Sequence record: SRR31156797_14836
Length of the DNA: 45,529 nt
Reading direction: 5' to 3' (one strand)
In this document: in pieces, positions 18,543 to 27,998 of the stretch
How positions within the stretch are numbered: position 1 is the stretch's first letter
Layout of the letters: every line of letters begins with the position of its first letter
Program-made: the position numbers and the translations under genes
The notes under the pieces: model-generated
Seen by the model: only the letters and a program-made list of their open reading frames with translations
Told to the model about the DNA's origin: nothing
Database searches by the model: none

Positions 18543-19403
18543 ATGGCTGCATTTTTAGAATTAAAGAACGTATCCAAATGGTATGGTTCTGGAGAAAATA
18601 GGGTTGAGGTTCTTAAAAATATCAACCTGACTATTGAGGAAGGTGAGTTTATCGCTATTGTTGGTTTTACCGGTAGTGGAAAGACTACTTTAATAAGTTT
18701 AATCGCCGGATTAATTGAACCTGATGAAGGGGAAATTTTATTGAAAGGGAAAAAAATTACAGGTCCGGGACCAGATAGAGGAGTGGTTTTTCAGAATTAC
18801 TCATTATTACCTTGGCTATCTGTTCAGGGTAATGTGGAACTGGCCGTTAAGCAGGTGTTCCCAAAGATGGGTGCTGCAGAACGCTCGGAGCATGTAAAAA
18901 AATTTATAGGTATGGTAAACCTGACGCCTGCATTGCATAAAAAACCGAAGGAGCTTTCCGGAGGTATGCGTCAGAGAGTATCGGTTGCCAGAGCATTGGC
19001 TATGGATCCTGAAATTTTACTGTTGGATGAACCTTTAAGTGCGTTGGATGCGCTTACAAGAGGAACATTACAAATGGAAATTGAAAAAATCTGGAGAGAA
19101 TCCAAAAAAACAGTCATGCTGATTACAAATGACGTGGATGAGGGCATCTTGCTGGCAGATAGGGTTATTCCATTAACGCCTGGTCCTAATGCTACTTTGG
19201 GTACAGAATTTAAAATTGGTTTTTCCCGACCTCGAGATAAGGCTGCAATCAATGCAGATGATAATTTCAAAAAAGAAAGAAATGATATCATTACTTATTT
19301 AGATGAGGTTGGTGAACACAGGAGTTCAAGTAAACAAGAGGCGTTTGTGTTGCCTGATTTACAGCCGAAATTAAAGCCAAATAAATTTGTGATTAACCGA
19401 TAA
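18543..19403 (+). CDS. nrtC: Nitrate ABC transporter ATP-binding protein
   Basis: [33 protein letters not shown]. Confidence 0.88.
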   Translation: MAAFLELKNVSKWYGSGENRVEVLKNINLTIEEGEFIAIVGFTGSGKTTLISLIAGLIEPDEGEILLKGKKITGPGPDRGVVFQNYSLLPWLSVQGNVELAVKQVFPKMGAAERSEHVKKFIGMVNLTPALHKKPKELSGGMRQRVSVARALAMDPEILLLDEPLSALDALTRGTLQMEIEKIWRESKKTVMLITNDVDEGILLADRVIPLTPGPNATLGTEFKIGFSRPRDKAAINADDNFKKERNDIITYLDEVGEHRSSSKQEAFVLPDLQPKLKPNKFVINR

Positions 19404-19414
19404 AACCTGTCATC

Positions 19415-20200
19415 ATGGAAACATTAGAAAAAGAAAAAATAATGCTGGAGTGTTCCAATCTCAAAAAAGCATACCCTACTAATAATGGTGAGTTTGTTGT
19501 GTTGGAAGACTTTCAGCTTCAAATAAAGGAAAAGGAGTTTATTTCCATCATTGGGCATTCGGGGTGTGGCAAATCTACTTTGTTAACAATGATTGCTGGC
19601 TTAAATGATATTACCAGCGGGAAAATTCTGTTGGAGGCCAATAAAATTCAAGGAGCAGGACCCGATAGAGCGGTGGTTTTTCAGTCGCCAAGTTTATTTC
19701 CCTGGATGACTGCGCTTGAAAATGTGATGATTGGTGTAAAGCAGGTTTTTGGACATGCGACAAAAAAACAACGCGAGGATATTTGTAAATATTACCTGGA
19801 TAAAGTGGGTTTGGCGGATGCGTTTCATCAAAAGGCCCGAAGTCTTTCTCAGGGTATGCAACAAAGAGTAGGTATAGCCAGGGCTTTTGCTTTAAAACCG
19901 AAAGTATTACTTTTGGATGAACCATTTGGGATGCTGGATTCGATGACACGGGTTGAATTGCAGGATGTGTTAATTGATGTTTGGGCTAAAGAGAAAATTA
20001 CGGCTGTCATGGTTACACATGATGTGGATGAGGCTATTTTCTTATCTGACAGAGTAATTATGATGACCGGAGGACCATATGCCAAAGTAGGTGATGTGGC
20101 AAATATTAAACTTCCTCGTCCAAGAAACCGCAAAACCACAATGGAAGATCCTGACTTTTATAAACATCGTCAGCATTTGCTCGAATTTTTAGATCATTAA
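19415..20200 (+). CDS. nrtD: Nitrate ABC transporter ATP-binding protein
   Basis: GHSGCGKS, VVFQSPSLFPW, LSQGMQQR, LLLDEPFG, VTHDVDEA. Confidence 0.88.
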   Translation: METLEKEKIMLECSNLKKAYPTNNGEFVVLEDFQLQIKEKEFISIIGHSGCGKSTLLTMIAGLNDITSGKILLEANKIQGAGPDRAVVFQSPSLFPWMTALENVMIGVKQVFGHATKKQREDICKYYLDKVGLADAFHQKARSLSQGMQQRVGIARAFALKPKVLLLDEPFGMLDSMTRVELQDVLIDVWAKEKITAVMVTHDVDEAIFLSDRVIMMTGGPYAKVGDVANIKLPRPRNRKTTMEDPDFYKHRQHLLEFLDH

Positions 20201-20204
20201 TAAG

Positions 20205-20918
20205 GTGCGTATGGTAAAAGCAACATGTGATACGTGTGAAAACACCAATTGTTTAATTCAGAAACATATACAAAAGGAAACATTACAGCCTTTTATCAAA
20301 CAAAAAAATGCTTTTGCTTGCCAGTCTGGACAACAGTTTATCCTAGAGGGAGCGCCGGTTAGTGGACTTTATTTTATTTATAAAGGAAGTGTAAAAGTTT
20401 ATAAACAAACGGATGAGAACAACTTTCAGATCATTCGTTTTTCAAAAGATGGAGAGATCGTAGGACATCGGGGATTTGGTACTAACTATGTATATGATAT
20501 TAGTGCCAGTGCATTAACCAATTCTGTATTGTGCCATTGGGGAACGGAAATTTTGATAGAGATGTTGCATAAAACGCCTGAACTGATGTTTGATTTTATG
20601 CTGTTTTATGCCGATCAGCTGCAAAAGAGTGAGTCCAATGCCAAACGTTTTGGAAAGATGAGCGTGCGCGAAAAAGTGATTAACGGACTTCTTTTTATTG
20701 AAAGCAAGTTTGGTCAATCCGATGGTTTTTTCAATCTCACCTTATCCCGTAAGGATATTGCTGATTTTGCCGGAACTTCGCAAGAGCAGGTGATTAGGGT
20801 GATCTCTAAATTAAAGAAAGAAGGACTATTGGTTACAAAAGGGAAAAAAATAGGTGTGCCTGATCTTCCTAAAATGGAAGCAGAACTAGGTGAGAATGGT
20901 TATTTTCTGGAAGGTTAG
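20205..20918 (+). CDS. Second Crp/Fnr family regulator with N-terminal CxxCxxxxC
   Basis: CDTCENTNC, LEGAPVSGLYF, GEIVGHRGF, HTH LSRKDIADFAGTSQEQVIRVIS. Clear paralog of 13308-14021. Start GTG 20205 or ATG 20211. Confidence 0.92.
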   Translation: MRMVKATCDTCENTNCLIQKHIQKETLQPFIKQKNAFACQSGQQFILEGAPVSGLYFIYKGSVKVYKQTDENNFQIIRFSKDGEIVGHRGFGTNYVYDISASALTNSVLCHWGTEILIEMLHKTPELMFDFMLFYADQLQKSESNAKRFGKMSVREKVINGLLFIESKFGQSDGFFNLTLSRKDIADFAGTSQEQVIRVISKLKKEGLLVTKGKKIGVPDLPKMEAELGENGYFLEG

Positions 20919-20972
20919 CATTTGGCATATGCTGAAAATCCATCTATCTTAATCGGATAAATTTAAAAGTCA

Positions 20973-22151
20973 ATGCTCACTCATCACGAAGCTTTAAAAA
21001 AAATATTATCGGTAGCACATATTCTACCTTTGGAAAACATTAGTTTAGAGGATGCACTTCAGCGTGTGAATGCCGAAGGGATTATTTATGATATGGATAT
21101 GCCGCCCTTTCATAAATCGGCAATGGATGGTTACGCCTGTGCCAGAGTAGATTTAGAAAAGGAATTGGAGGTTGTCGATACCGTTTTTGCAGGTACATCA
21201 TTCCATGTGGAGGTAAAACCCGGACAGTGTGTAAAAATTATGACAGGAGCTCCTGTCCCCAAGGGTGCAGATATGGTTTTTATGCAGGAAGATGCAGAAT
21301 TGATTTCTGAAACATGTGTTCGTTGTACAAACCCCAATTCTAAAACAAATATTTGTTATCAAGGAGAAGACGTTCAAAAAGGGCAAGTAGTGGTAAGTGA
21401 AAATACCATCCTTGATTCCAGGCATATGCCACTTCTGGCAGGTGCCGGTTATCATACCTTGAGAGTATTTAAACAACCGTATTGTGGTATCATTACAACA
21501 GGAACAGAATTGGTTGAACCAAATGAAAAGCCTGGTGTAAATCAAATTAGAAATAGCAATGCCTCACAAATTCAGGCACAGCTGCGATCCATGAATGTCC
21601 CATTTCATTATAAAGGAATTCTTCAAGATAATGAGGAAGAATTAAAGCATAAGATTCAGGAAGGTCTTGTGCAGAATGATGTGTTAATCTTGAGTGGTGG
21701 CGTTTCTGTGGGAGAGTATGATTTGGTTCCTGATATCCTGAAAGATTTAAAGTTGAAAATAGAGGTGGATAAAACGGCCATTCAGCCTGGTAAGCCCATG
21801 GTTTTTGCGCATGGTAACGGTAAGTATGTGTTTGGACTGTCCGGAAATCCGGTGGCTTCGTTTATTCAGTTTGAGCTGTATGTGAAACCATTTTTATGGG
21901 CTTTGCAAGGGGTTAATTTTAAACCACTACGTTTTCAATTACCATTAGCCAGCAACTTTAATCGCAGGAAAAGTGTGAGACATATGTTTGTTCCTGCCAG
22001 GATAAATGAGGAAAATAAGATTGAAGTTATTCAGTTTCATGGATCGGCACATATTAATGCATTAAGCAATGCTGATTGTTTGATGGAAGTTCCTTTGGGA
22101 GTAAATCAAATTAATGAAGGAGAATTTGTATTTATTAGACCATTGTCATGA
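20973..22151 (+). CDS. moeA: Molybdopterin molybdenumtransferase
   Basis: PPFHKSAMDGYA, IMTGAPVP, TTGTEL, SGGVSVGEYD, IQPGKP, LSGNPVA. Confidence 0.96.
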   Translation: MLTHHEALKKILSVAHILPLENISLEDALQRVNAEGIIYDMDMPPFHKSAMDGYACARVDLEKELEVVDTVFAGTSFHVEVKPGQCVKIMTGAPVPKGADMVFMQEDAELISETCVRCTNPNSKTNICYQGEDVQKGQVVVSENTILDSRHMPLLAGAGYHTLRVFKQPYCGIITTGTELVEPNEKPGVNQIRNSNASQIQAQLRSMNVPFHYKGILQDNEEELKHKIQEGLVQNDVLILSGGVSVGEYDLVPDILKDLKLKIEVDKTAIQPGKPMVFAHGNGKYVFGLSGNPVASFIQFELYVKPFLWALQGVNFKPLRFQLPLASNFNRRKSVRHMFVPARINEENKIEVIQFHGSAHINALSNADCLMEVPLGVNQINEGEFVFIRPLS

Positions 22152-22594
22152 GTAAGTTAACCCATATCAATAAAAAAGGTGAAGCCAATATGGTAGATGT
22201 TGGTGATAAACCTGTTCAACAACGAGCTGCAATAGCTTCTGGTTTTATCAGCTTACAGGCCGAAACACTAGAGTTGATTGAGCAAAATAATATGAAAAAA
22301 GGGGATGTACTTGCCACTGCCCGCATTGCTGGAATTCAGGCCGCGAAACAAACCTCGGCTTTAATTCCTTTGTGCCATACTTTGCTCTTAACCAAAGTAG
22401 AGGTGTCATTTGATATGCAACCACAGGGAATAAAGGTAAAAACCTTGGTAAAATGCGACGCTAAAACCGGGGTGGAAATGGAAGCGCTTACTGCCGTGAG
22501 TACGGCTTGTTTAACTATTTACGATATGTGCAAAGCGGTTGATAAATCGATGGTGATATCCAATATTGAGTTGTTGCACAAAGAAAAAATATAG
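22148..22594 (+). CDS. moaC: Cyclic pyranopterin monophosphate synthase
   Basis: LTH...MVDVGDK, KKGDVLATARIAGIQAAK, LIPLCH, TGVEMEALT, IYDMCKAVD. Confidence 0.97.
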   Translation: MSKLTHINKKGEANMVDVGDKPVQQRAAIASGFISLQAETLELIEQNNMKKGDVLATARIAGIQAAKQTSALIPLCHTLLLTKVEVSFDMQPQGIKVKTLVKCDAKTGVEMEALTAVSTACLTIYDMCKAVDKSMVISNIELLHKEKI

Positions 22595-22600
22595 TTCGTT

Positions 22601-23092
22601 ATGGCAGATTTAAAGTTGGGTGTAATTACCATGAGTGACAGAGCATCTGCTGGTGAGTATGAGGATGAAAGTGGCCCGCTTGCAGAACAGTTATTCAATG
22701 ATTTTCTGCAAAGTAAAGGGGTACAGGTTGAAACTCAAACAGCAATCCTGCCAGATGACGAAGGAGAACTACGAAAGACTTTATTACAGTATCTCAAAGA
22801 GGTAAATATCATTTGCATTACAGGGGGTACGGGTTTGGGACCTAAGGACATTAGTCCAGATGTGGTAAAGCCTTTATTAACTAAGGAAATACCGGGTGTT
22901 ATGGAATATATCCGTGTGAAATATGGGGCAAAATTTCCCAATGCTTTACTTAGTAGAGCTTTAGCAGGAGTAATTGGCGATGTACTTATTTATGTGATAC
23001 CCGGAAGTCCTAAAGCAGTTAAAGAATATTTGGACGAAATTTTACCAACGGTATTACACTCTATTAAAATGATTCAAGGCGGAGGTCATTAA
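22601..23092 (+). CDS. mog: Molybdopterin adenylyltransferase (MogA/MoaB family)
   Basis: ITMSDRASAGEYEDESGP, TGGTGLGPKD, ALLSR, PGSPKAV. Confidence 0.88.
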   Translation: MADLKLGVITMSDRASAGEYEDESGPLAEQLFNDFLQSKGVQVETQTAILPDDEGELRKTLLQYLKEVNIICITGGTGLGPKDISPDVVKPLLTKEIPGVMEYIRVKYGAKFPNALLSRALAGVIGDVLIYVIPGSPKAVKEYLDEILPTVLHSIKMIQGGGH

Positions 23093-23916
23093 AACACGTA
23101 AGAAGTTCCTCCATAGCCGTACTCCACTGGAAAGTTTAGTTTCTCCTTCATTTTAGGAACTGCCTTAATCCCTGAACAGTGATTAAAGGCTGCTTTGTGA
23201 ATAGTAAATTGTTGTAATGCTTTTATGGTATGATCTACTAGATCTTCAGATGCCCTGTTTAAATGTGTTCCTCCAATAACAAACTCTATTTCATTGATAC
23301 CTGAATAATCTACTGCAGTACGAAGCATGTTTTCAATTCCGTTATGCGCACATCCCGTAAAAACTGTAATTTTACCTTTGTTTTGAATAACTACAAATAA
23401 CTCATCGTCAAAAGAATCCGGGATGAGTTCTCCGTTTCTGTGCACATACAAAAAGGAGTCTGTAAAAGTATAATCAGCAGGTCTGTTTATTTTTCCCAAT
23501 ACATGAAATTCCGGAATCAATTCCTGCTTATCATCCACCCATATTATTCTATCCTTGAATAGTTCCAGCTTATCTTTAATCGGAAAACTAATATCTCGAT
23601 CAACACCTGTGCTCATGCTGTGTTTATCATCAAAAGCAGCTTCCTTTTTCATTACAATTTGTGCATGGGTATTGAGTTCAAGAAAAGCCTCCAGACCACC
23701 CGTATGGTCATAGTGCCCGTGACTCAGAATTACATAGTCTACCTTACTCAAGTCCTTGTTCAGGTTTTTAGCATTCTGAATAAAAGCATCGCTTTTGCCC
23801 GTATCAAAAAGAAAGCTATTGTCCTTAAATTCAATTAACATGGAAAGTCCGTGTTCACTACGAAATACAGACTCTGTCTTTTCATTATCTATTAAAACGG
23901 TTATTTCCATCTGCAT
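23089..23916 (-). CDS. MBL-fold metallo-hydrolase (COG1237-like)
   Basis: EHGLS, LFDTG, LSHGHYDHTGG, DELF, TGCAHNG, IGGTHL, HCSG. Confidence 0.88.
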   Translation of the reverse strand: MQMEITVLIDNEKTESVFRSEHGLSMLIEFKDNSFLFDTGKSDAFIQNAKNLNKDLSKVDYVILSHGHYDHTGGLEAFLELNTHAQIVMKKEAAFDDKHSMSTGVDRDISFPIKDKLELFKDRIIWVDDKQELIPEFHVLGKINRPADYTFTDSFLYVHRNGELIPDSFDDELFVVIQNKGKITVFTGCAHNGIENMLRTAVDYSGINEIEFVIGGTHLNRASEDLVDHTIKALQQFTIHKAAFNHCSGIKAVPKMKEKLNFPVEYGYGGTSYVF

Positions 23917-24214
23917 TAGTTCATGAAATTTTCACAATTGAAGGGGTAAAGGTATGAATGAATGTGAATTTTTAAGGTATAAATGGGTAGCTTTTCTTTG
24001 TAGTTTGTTTGGGGCTTGTTCATAGGTATTTATCTGTGATTTTTAACATTGTAGTATATTGAGGCTGGTGTTTTTGGAAATTTGGTTTTGTAAATCGTTT
24101 TTGCTTTATCCAGAGATCAATACTAGCAAGAAGAATTAAGCATATTGTTTAGAATTGATAAATTATGCATGTAGGATTAAAAGCAGACAAATTAAAGAGT
24201 AATGTTTTATTGCT

Positions 24215-24222
24215 TACATTTG
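24215..24222 (+). promoter_or_regulatory. Bacteroidota -7 box for the DEAD-box gene
   Basis: TACATTTG, ~72 nt upstream of the ATG at 24295. Confidence 0.55.
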
Positions 24223-24294
24223 GATCTTTATTTTGTTATCATTCACAAAATTTCGCTCAATTATTTTTATTGTGGGGAAGAAAATTTGTAGAAA

Positions 24295-25553
24295 ATGCTA
24301 TTTGAAGATCTGAAAATTATTGAGCCTATCATTAAGGCACTAAAAAAGAAAAATATGTTGAGCCAACAGCTATACAGCAAAAAGCGATTCCATTCATATT
24401 AAATAGAAATGACGTTTTGGGTAGTGCTCAAACCGGGACTGGCAAAACTGCGGCTTTTGCTATTCCTATCTTGCAGCACCTTTATCTCGATCGGATGAAA
24501 AATAACAAATCACGTAAAATCAATGCGCTCGTTATAAGTCCCACCCGAGAATTGGCCATTCAAATCGGAGAGAGTTTTACCACATATGGAAAATTCACAG
24601 GACTTAAGAATACAGTTATTTTCGGAGGTGTGCCTGAGCGCGCTCAAAAGGAAGCCATCCGCAGAGGAGCAGAGGTTCTTGTGGCAACACCAGGAAGGCT
24701 TCTTGATCTTGTGGAACAGGGTTTTATTAATTTGGATAACGTTAAATATTTTGTGTTGGATGAAGCTGACCGTATGCTCGACATGGGATTTATACATGAT
24801 ATTCGAAAGATTATAGCCAAATTACCAACGAAAAGGCAATCATTGTTTTTTTCTGCTACAATGCCTAAAAATATAGTAGAACTTTCAAGGAAAATTCTGA
24901 GAAATCCAAAGAAAGTAGAAGTAAATCCGGTTTCTTCTACCGCTGAAACCATACAGCAATATCTGTATTATACGAATAAAGCAAGTAAGAAAGATTTGCT
25001 AATTCATATACTTAAGGATCAAGAAATGGATCAGGTATTATTATTTTCCAGGACAAAACATGGTGCCGACAAAATAGTCCGTAACCTGAAAAAGCAAAAG
25101 ATTACGTCAGCAGCTATTCATGGAGACAAGAGTCAAAACCAAAGACAAAAAGCCTTGGTGCAGTTTAAAAAGGGAGAAATAAGGGTGTTGGTAGCTACAG
25201 ATATCGCTGCAAGAGGTATTGATATTGATAAATTGAAATATATTATAAATTACGATATACCGAATATAGCTGAAACTTATGTCCATAGAATAGGTAGATC
25301 TGGCAGAGCAGGGGAAGAAGGTACGGCTATTTCCATTTGCGAACCGGAAGAAAATGCTTTTGTAAAAGATATAGAAAAATTGATCAAACAGAAAATACAA
25401 CTTGTTGAAGAAAACCCATTTCCACAAACTGATAAGCCGATGACAGAAATGGAAAAAAAGGAATGGGAAAAAGAAAAAAAACAAAGAAAGATTTTTTTGC
25501 GGCAAGAGATAAAAAGCAAAATAAACCACATATATCAAAAAAACGCAGGGTAA
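24295..25553 (+). pseudogene. DEAD-box RNA helicase (RhlE-like), frameshifted near the 5' end: pseudogene, recoded gene or sequencing error
   Basis: ATG 24295 gives MLFEDLKIIEPIIKALKK and continues to a stop at 24400-24402. The Q motif (YVEPTAIQQKAIP) and motifs AQTGTGKT, PTRELA, TPGRL, DEAD, SAT, ARGID, HRIGR are in the -1 frame. Confidence 0.85.
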
Positions 25554-25645
25554 AAAAATAGAAGCGCAGGATATGGTTAAACTAAATGCGAATGAAAACC
25601 AGCGGTTTACGAATTCTAAGAGTGTATAGCTGGCTCACTTCCCCT

Positions 25646-25710
25646 TGTTCGCAAATCCTTCGGGTTTCTTGGCAGATTGTTCGTACAGTGTTCGCAAAAG
25701 CTTCGCAAAT
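25646..25710. repeat. Degenerate ~11-bp tandem array (consensus ~TGTTCGCAAAN), 6 units
   Basis: TTCG/TTGG cores at 25648, 25659, 25669, 25680, 25691, 25702. Confidence 0.6.
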
Positions 25711-25924
25711 AGTACTTGAAGAACACTTGATGTAATGCCCATAAGGAATAATTACTATATCAAATAGGAATAAATAACTAACCACATTTGTATGGGTAAT
25801 ATTTGTATTTTTAAGTTTTAAATATGGTGGGTTATTACACCATTTTAGTATGATGAAAAGAGAGGCAAGTTAAAGGTTAGTTGAAGGACATTTTAGAACC
25901 TACCAGATAATTTTACTTAAAAGA

Positions 25925-26494
25925 ATGATTAGAAAAAATATAATTTCAATTATTATCTTATCGCTTTTTGTATCATGTACTTTCAAAAACAGAAGTAAAG
26001 AGAAAGCTATAGAGTTTAATGAAAAAGGAGTAACCTTTATGATGGATTTTAAAAATGATAGTGCAATAGCTTGTTTTGAAAGTGCCATCAAGTTGGATCC
26101 AAAAATTAAATCCGCATATCATAATTTACGATCCTTATATGTAACGGAAGGTTTAATCGAAAAAGCTATCATAGTATCTGAAAAATATCTAACGGTTGAG
26201 CCAGAACTTGCTGAAATTAGGGTAAGTACAGGGATGTTTTACGACAAAATTAGGGACTCGTTAAAGGCTAGAAGTTATTATAAAAAGGGAATAGAATTAT
26301 TTACAAAACGGCTTGACGAAAATGAAGAAGATAATCTTCAAAATAATAGGTTGAATAGAGCACTTGCATATATTCTAATTGGAAATGAAGAGTTAGGTCA
26401 GAAAGAAATAAGAGAAATACTGGTTGAAGATCCAGATAATGAAATAGCAGAAATGTTTGAAGGTTTAGGTAGAGAAGAGATATTAAATCAATAG
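25925..26494 (+). CDS. TPR-repeat lipoprotein
   Basis: Lipobox LFVSC, TPR-like helices (AIACFESAIKLDP...AYHNL; ARSYYKKGIE). Confidence 0.8.
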   Translation: MIRKNIISIIILSLFVSCTFKNRSKEKAIEFNEKGVTFMMDFKNDSAIACFESAIKLDPKIKSAYHNLRSLYVTEGLIEKAIIVSEKYLTVEPELAEIRVSTGMFYDKIRDSLKARSYYKKGIELFTKRLDENEEDNLQNNRLNRALAYILIGNEELGQKEIREILVEDPDNEIAEMFEGLGREEILNQ

Positions 26495-26551
26495 AATTGC
26501 CTACATAAAGTATAGATTTAGCGGTAGTTCAGTAAAATGCCTATGGTTCCT

Positions 26552-26693
26552 GAACAGATAATTCCAAACACCTTGAGTATATTTTCACAGAAACTCTGGG
26601 AAGCTACTTCCAGATACCTTGGAACGATAGTTTCAAACACATTGGAAAGGTAGTTCTAACGAGCATGGAACGATAGTTCCAACGACCTTGGAA
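26552..26693. repeat. Degenerate 23-bp tandem array with palindromic GGAAC-N4-GTTCC core, ~6 units
   Basis: Units start at 26552, 26575 (very degenerate), 26598, 26621, 26644, 26667, 26690 (partial), e.g. GGAACGATAGTTTCAAACACATT and GGAACGATAGTTCCAACGACCTT. Confidence 0.8.
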
Positions 26694-26773
26694 AATTAAG
26701 CTCAAGTAATCATGATAGAAATCTGATGAAATAATTTGTTGCTGTAAGTTGTATATTACCTGCTCTGCAACCA

Positions 26774-27208
26774 CTATATAACCCTTGTCCAGGAAACTTT
26801 TCGCCCAATAATTGAAACGCCGATATAGCCTTTCACGTTTAGTACATTTTCGTCATCGTCAAACCACATATAGCATTTATAGGTACTTCCTGTTTGTGGA
26901 TCGTAAATAGTGCCAGAGATCCATTCCTGATCATCCTCGTCGTATTTAAAACCTTTTAGTAATTGTAAGCCTAAAATAGGTCTGGAACGAAGTGCTTCAT
27001 CAGGGTTTTCCTTATCCAGTTTAGGTTCTCCATCATTGGTTGGTTTTTTTAACCAAACAATCTTTCCCGAAAAAGTACCGTCTTCACTTTGGCTAATTTC
27101 AATTTTAGAATCCTTGTCCTGTGTAAGCCAGGTTCCAACTACTTTGTTTTTGTTAGCCAGTAGATTAGATGAAAATATAAGTGCTAATAATATGATTTTA
27201 AAGTGCAT
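26774..27208 (-). CDS. DUF2147 family exported protein
   Basis: Signal peptide, GTWLT, GKIVWL, DKENPDEALRSRPILGL, GTIYDPQTGSTY, GYIGVSIIGR...W. Confidence 0.9.
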   Translation of the reverse strand: MHFKIILLALIFSSNLLANKNKVVGTWLTQDKDSKIEISQSEDGTFSGKIVWLKKPTNDGEPKLDKENPDEALRSRPILGLQLLKGFKYDEDDQEWISGTIYDPQTGSTYKCYMWFDDDENVLNVKGYIGVSIIGRKVSWTRVI

Positions 27209-27263
27209 AATGTTTACTTTAGTTGTAATTGACTGTAAAAATATATTCTAAAATTGATTTACG

Positions 27264-27554
27264 ATGAAAAATAAAAAAATGTTTGCCGTTTTATTGATGT
27301 TTCTGGTATTTATCATGCTCTTGAGTTCTTGCGTGCCAGGTGGAGGACATTATAATCCGGTAAAGCCAGCAGGTTTCTTTTCAGGTATATGGCATGGTTG
27401 GATTGCTCCCTTTACTTTAATACTTAGCATCTTTAATAAATCTATTTCTATTTACGAACCCTTTAATACCGGCTGGTGGTACGATTTCGGTTTTTATATT
27501 TCTATTATTTCCGGTTTTGGTGGAATTCAGTTTTTTCGAAAGAAAAGAAAGTAA
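27264..27554 (+). CDS. Small membrane lipoprotein, hypothetical
   Basis: Lipobox LLSSC, PAGFFSGIWHGWIAPF, IYEPFNTGWWYDFGF, basic tail. Confidence 0.8.
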   Translation: MKNKKMFAVLLMFLVFIMLLSSCVPGGGHYNPVKPAGFFSGIWHGWIAPFTLILSIFNKSISIYEPFNTGWWYDFGFYISIISGFGGIQFFRKKRK

Positions 27555-27742
27555 TTTCATATAAATCATAGTATTAAGCTATGATCTTAACTCTTGTGTC
27601 ATGATCAATAAACCTGTATTTTATATTTTTCTTAATAGCAATTTTTGTAAGATAGTTCGAAAATGGCAGACTTTAAAGATCAAATAATTTAAATATTTGG
27701 AAAATAAAAAGATACAAAATTAGGAGTTATTAATAATTGCAT

Positions 27743-27750
27743 TACCTTTG
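27743..27750 (+). promoter_or_regulatory. Bacteroidota -7 box for the cold-shock gene
   Basis: TACCTTTG, 25 nt upstream of the ATG. Confidence 0.65.
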
Positions 27751-27775
27751 ACGCAGTATTTTTTTAATTACAGTA

Positions 27776-27967
27776 ATGAATAAAGGAACAGTAAAATTTT
27801 TCAATGAATCTAAAGGATTTGGGTTCATTAAAGAGGACGAAACAAATCAAGAGTATTTCGTTCACGTAACAGGATTAATCGATGAAATTCGTGAAAATGA
27901 CGAAGTTGAATTCGAACTTAAAGAAGGCCGTAAAGGTATGAACGCAGTAAACGTTAGAGTACTATAA
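27776..27967 (+). CDS. Cold-shock protein (CspA family)
   Basis: GTVKFFNESKGFGFI (RNP1), YFVHVTG (RNP2), 63 aa. Confidence 0.96.
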   Translation: MNKGTVKFFNESKGFGFIKEDETNQEYFVHVTGLIDEIRENDEVEFELKEGRKGMNAVNVRVL

Positions 27968-27998
27968 TATATTATACAGCTTTAATGAAGAAATGATT

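Noticed and set aside
23089-23916. MBL hydrolase as part of the Moco pathway
   Set aside because: It is convergent and separately transcribed. Adjacency is the only evidence, and the pterin-related family label is not specific.
25582-25785. 67-aa minus-strand ORF
   Set aside because: Overlaps the 11-bp array and has no recognisable features
25870-26530. Integron-like cassette (attC) around the TPR lipoprotein gene
   Set aside because: The flanks (GTTGAAGGACAT, TGCCTACATAAAG) only faintly resemble core sites. There is no RYYYAAC/GTTRRRY pair with a foldable stem and no integrase.
26552-26693. CRISPR array
   Set aside because: Units are contiguous 23-mers with no unique spacers, the repeats are degenerate, and no cas genes are present
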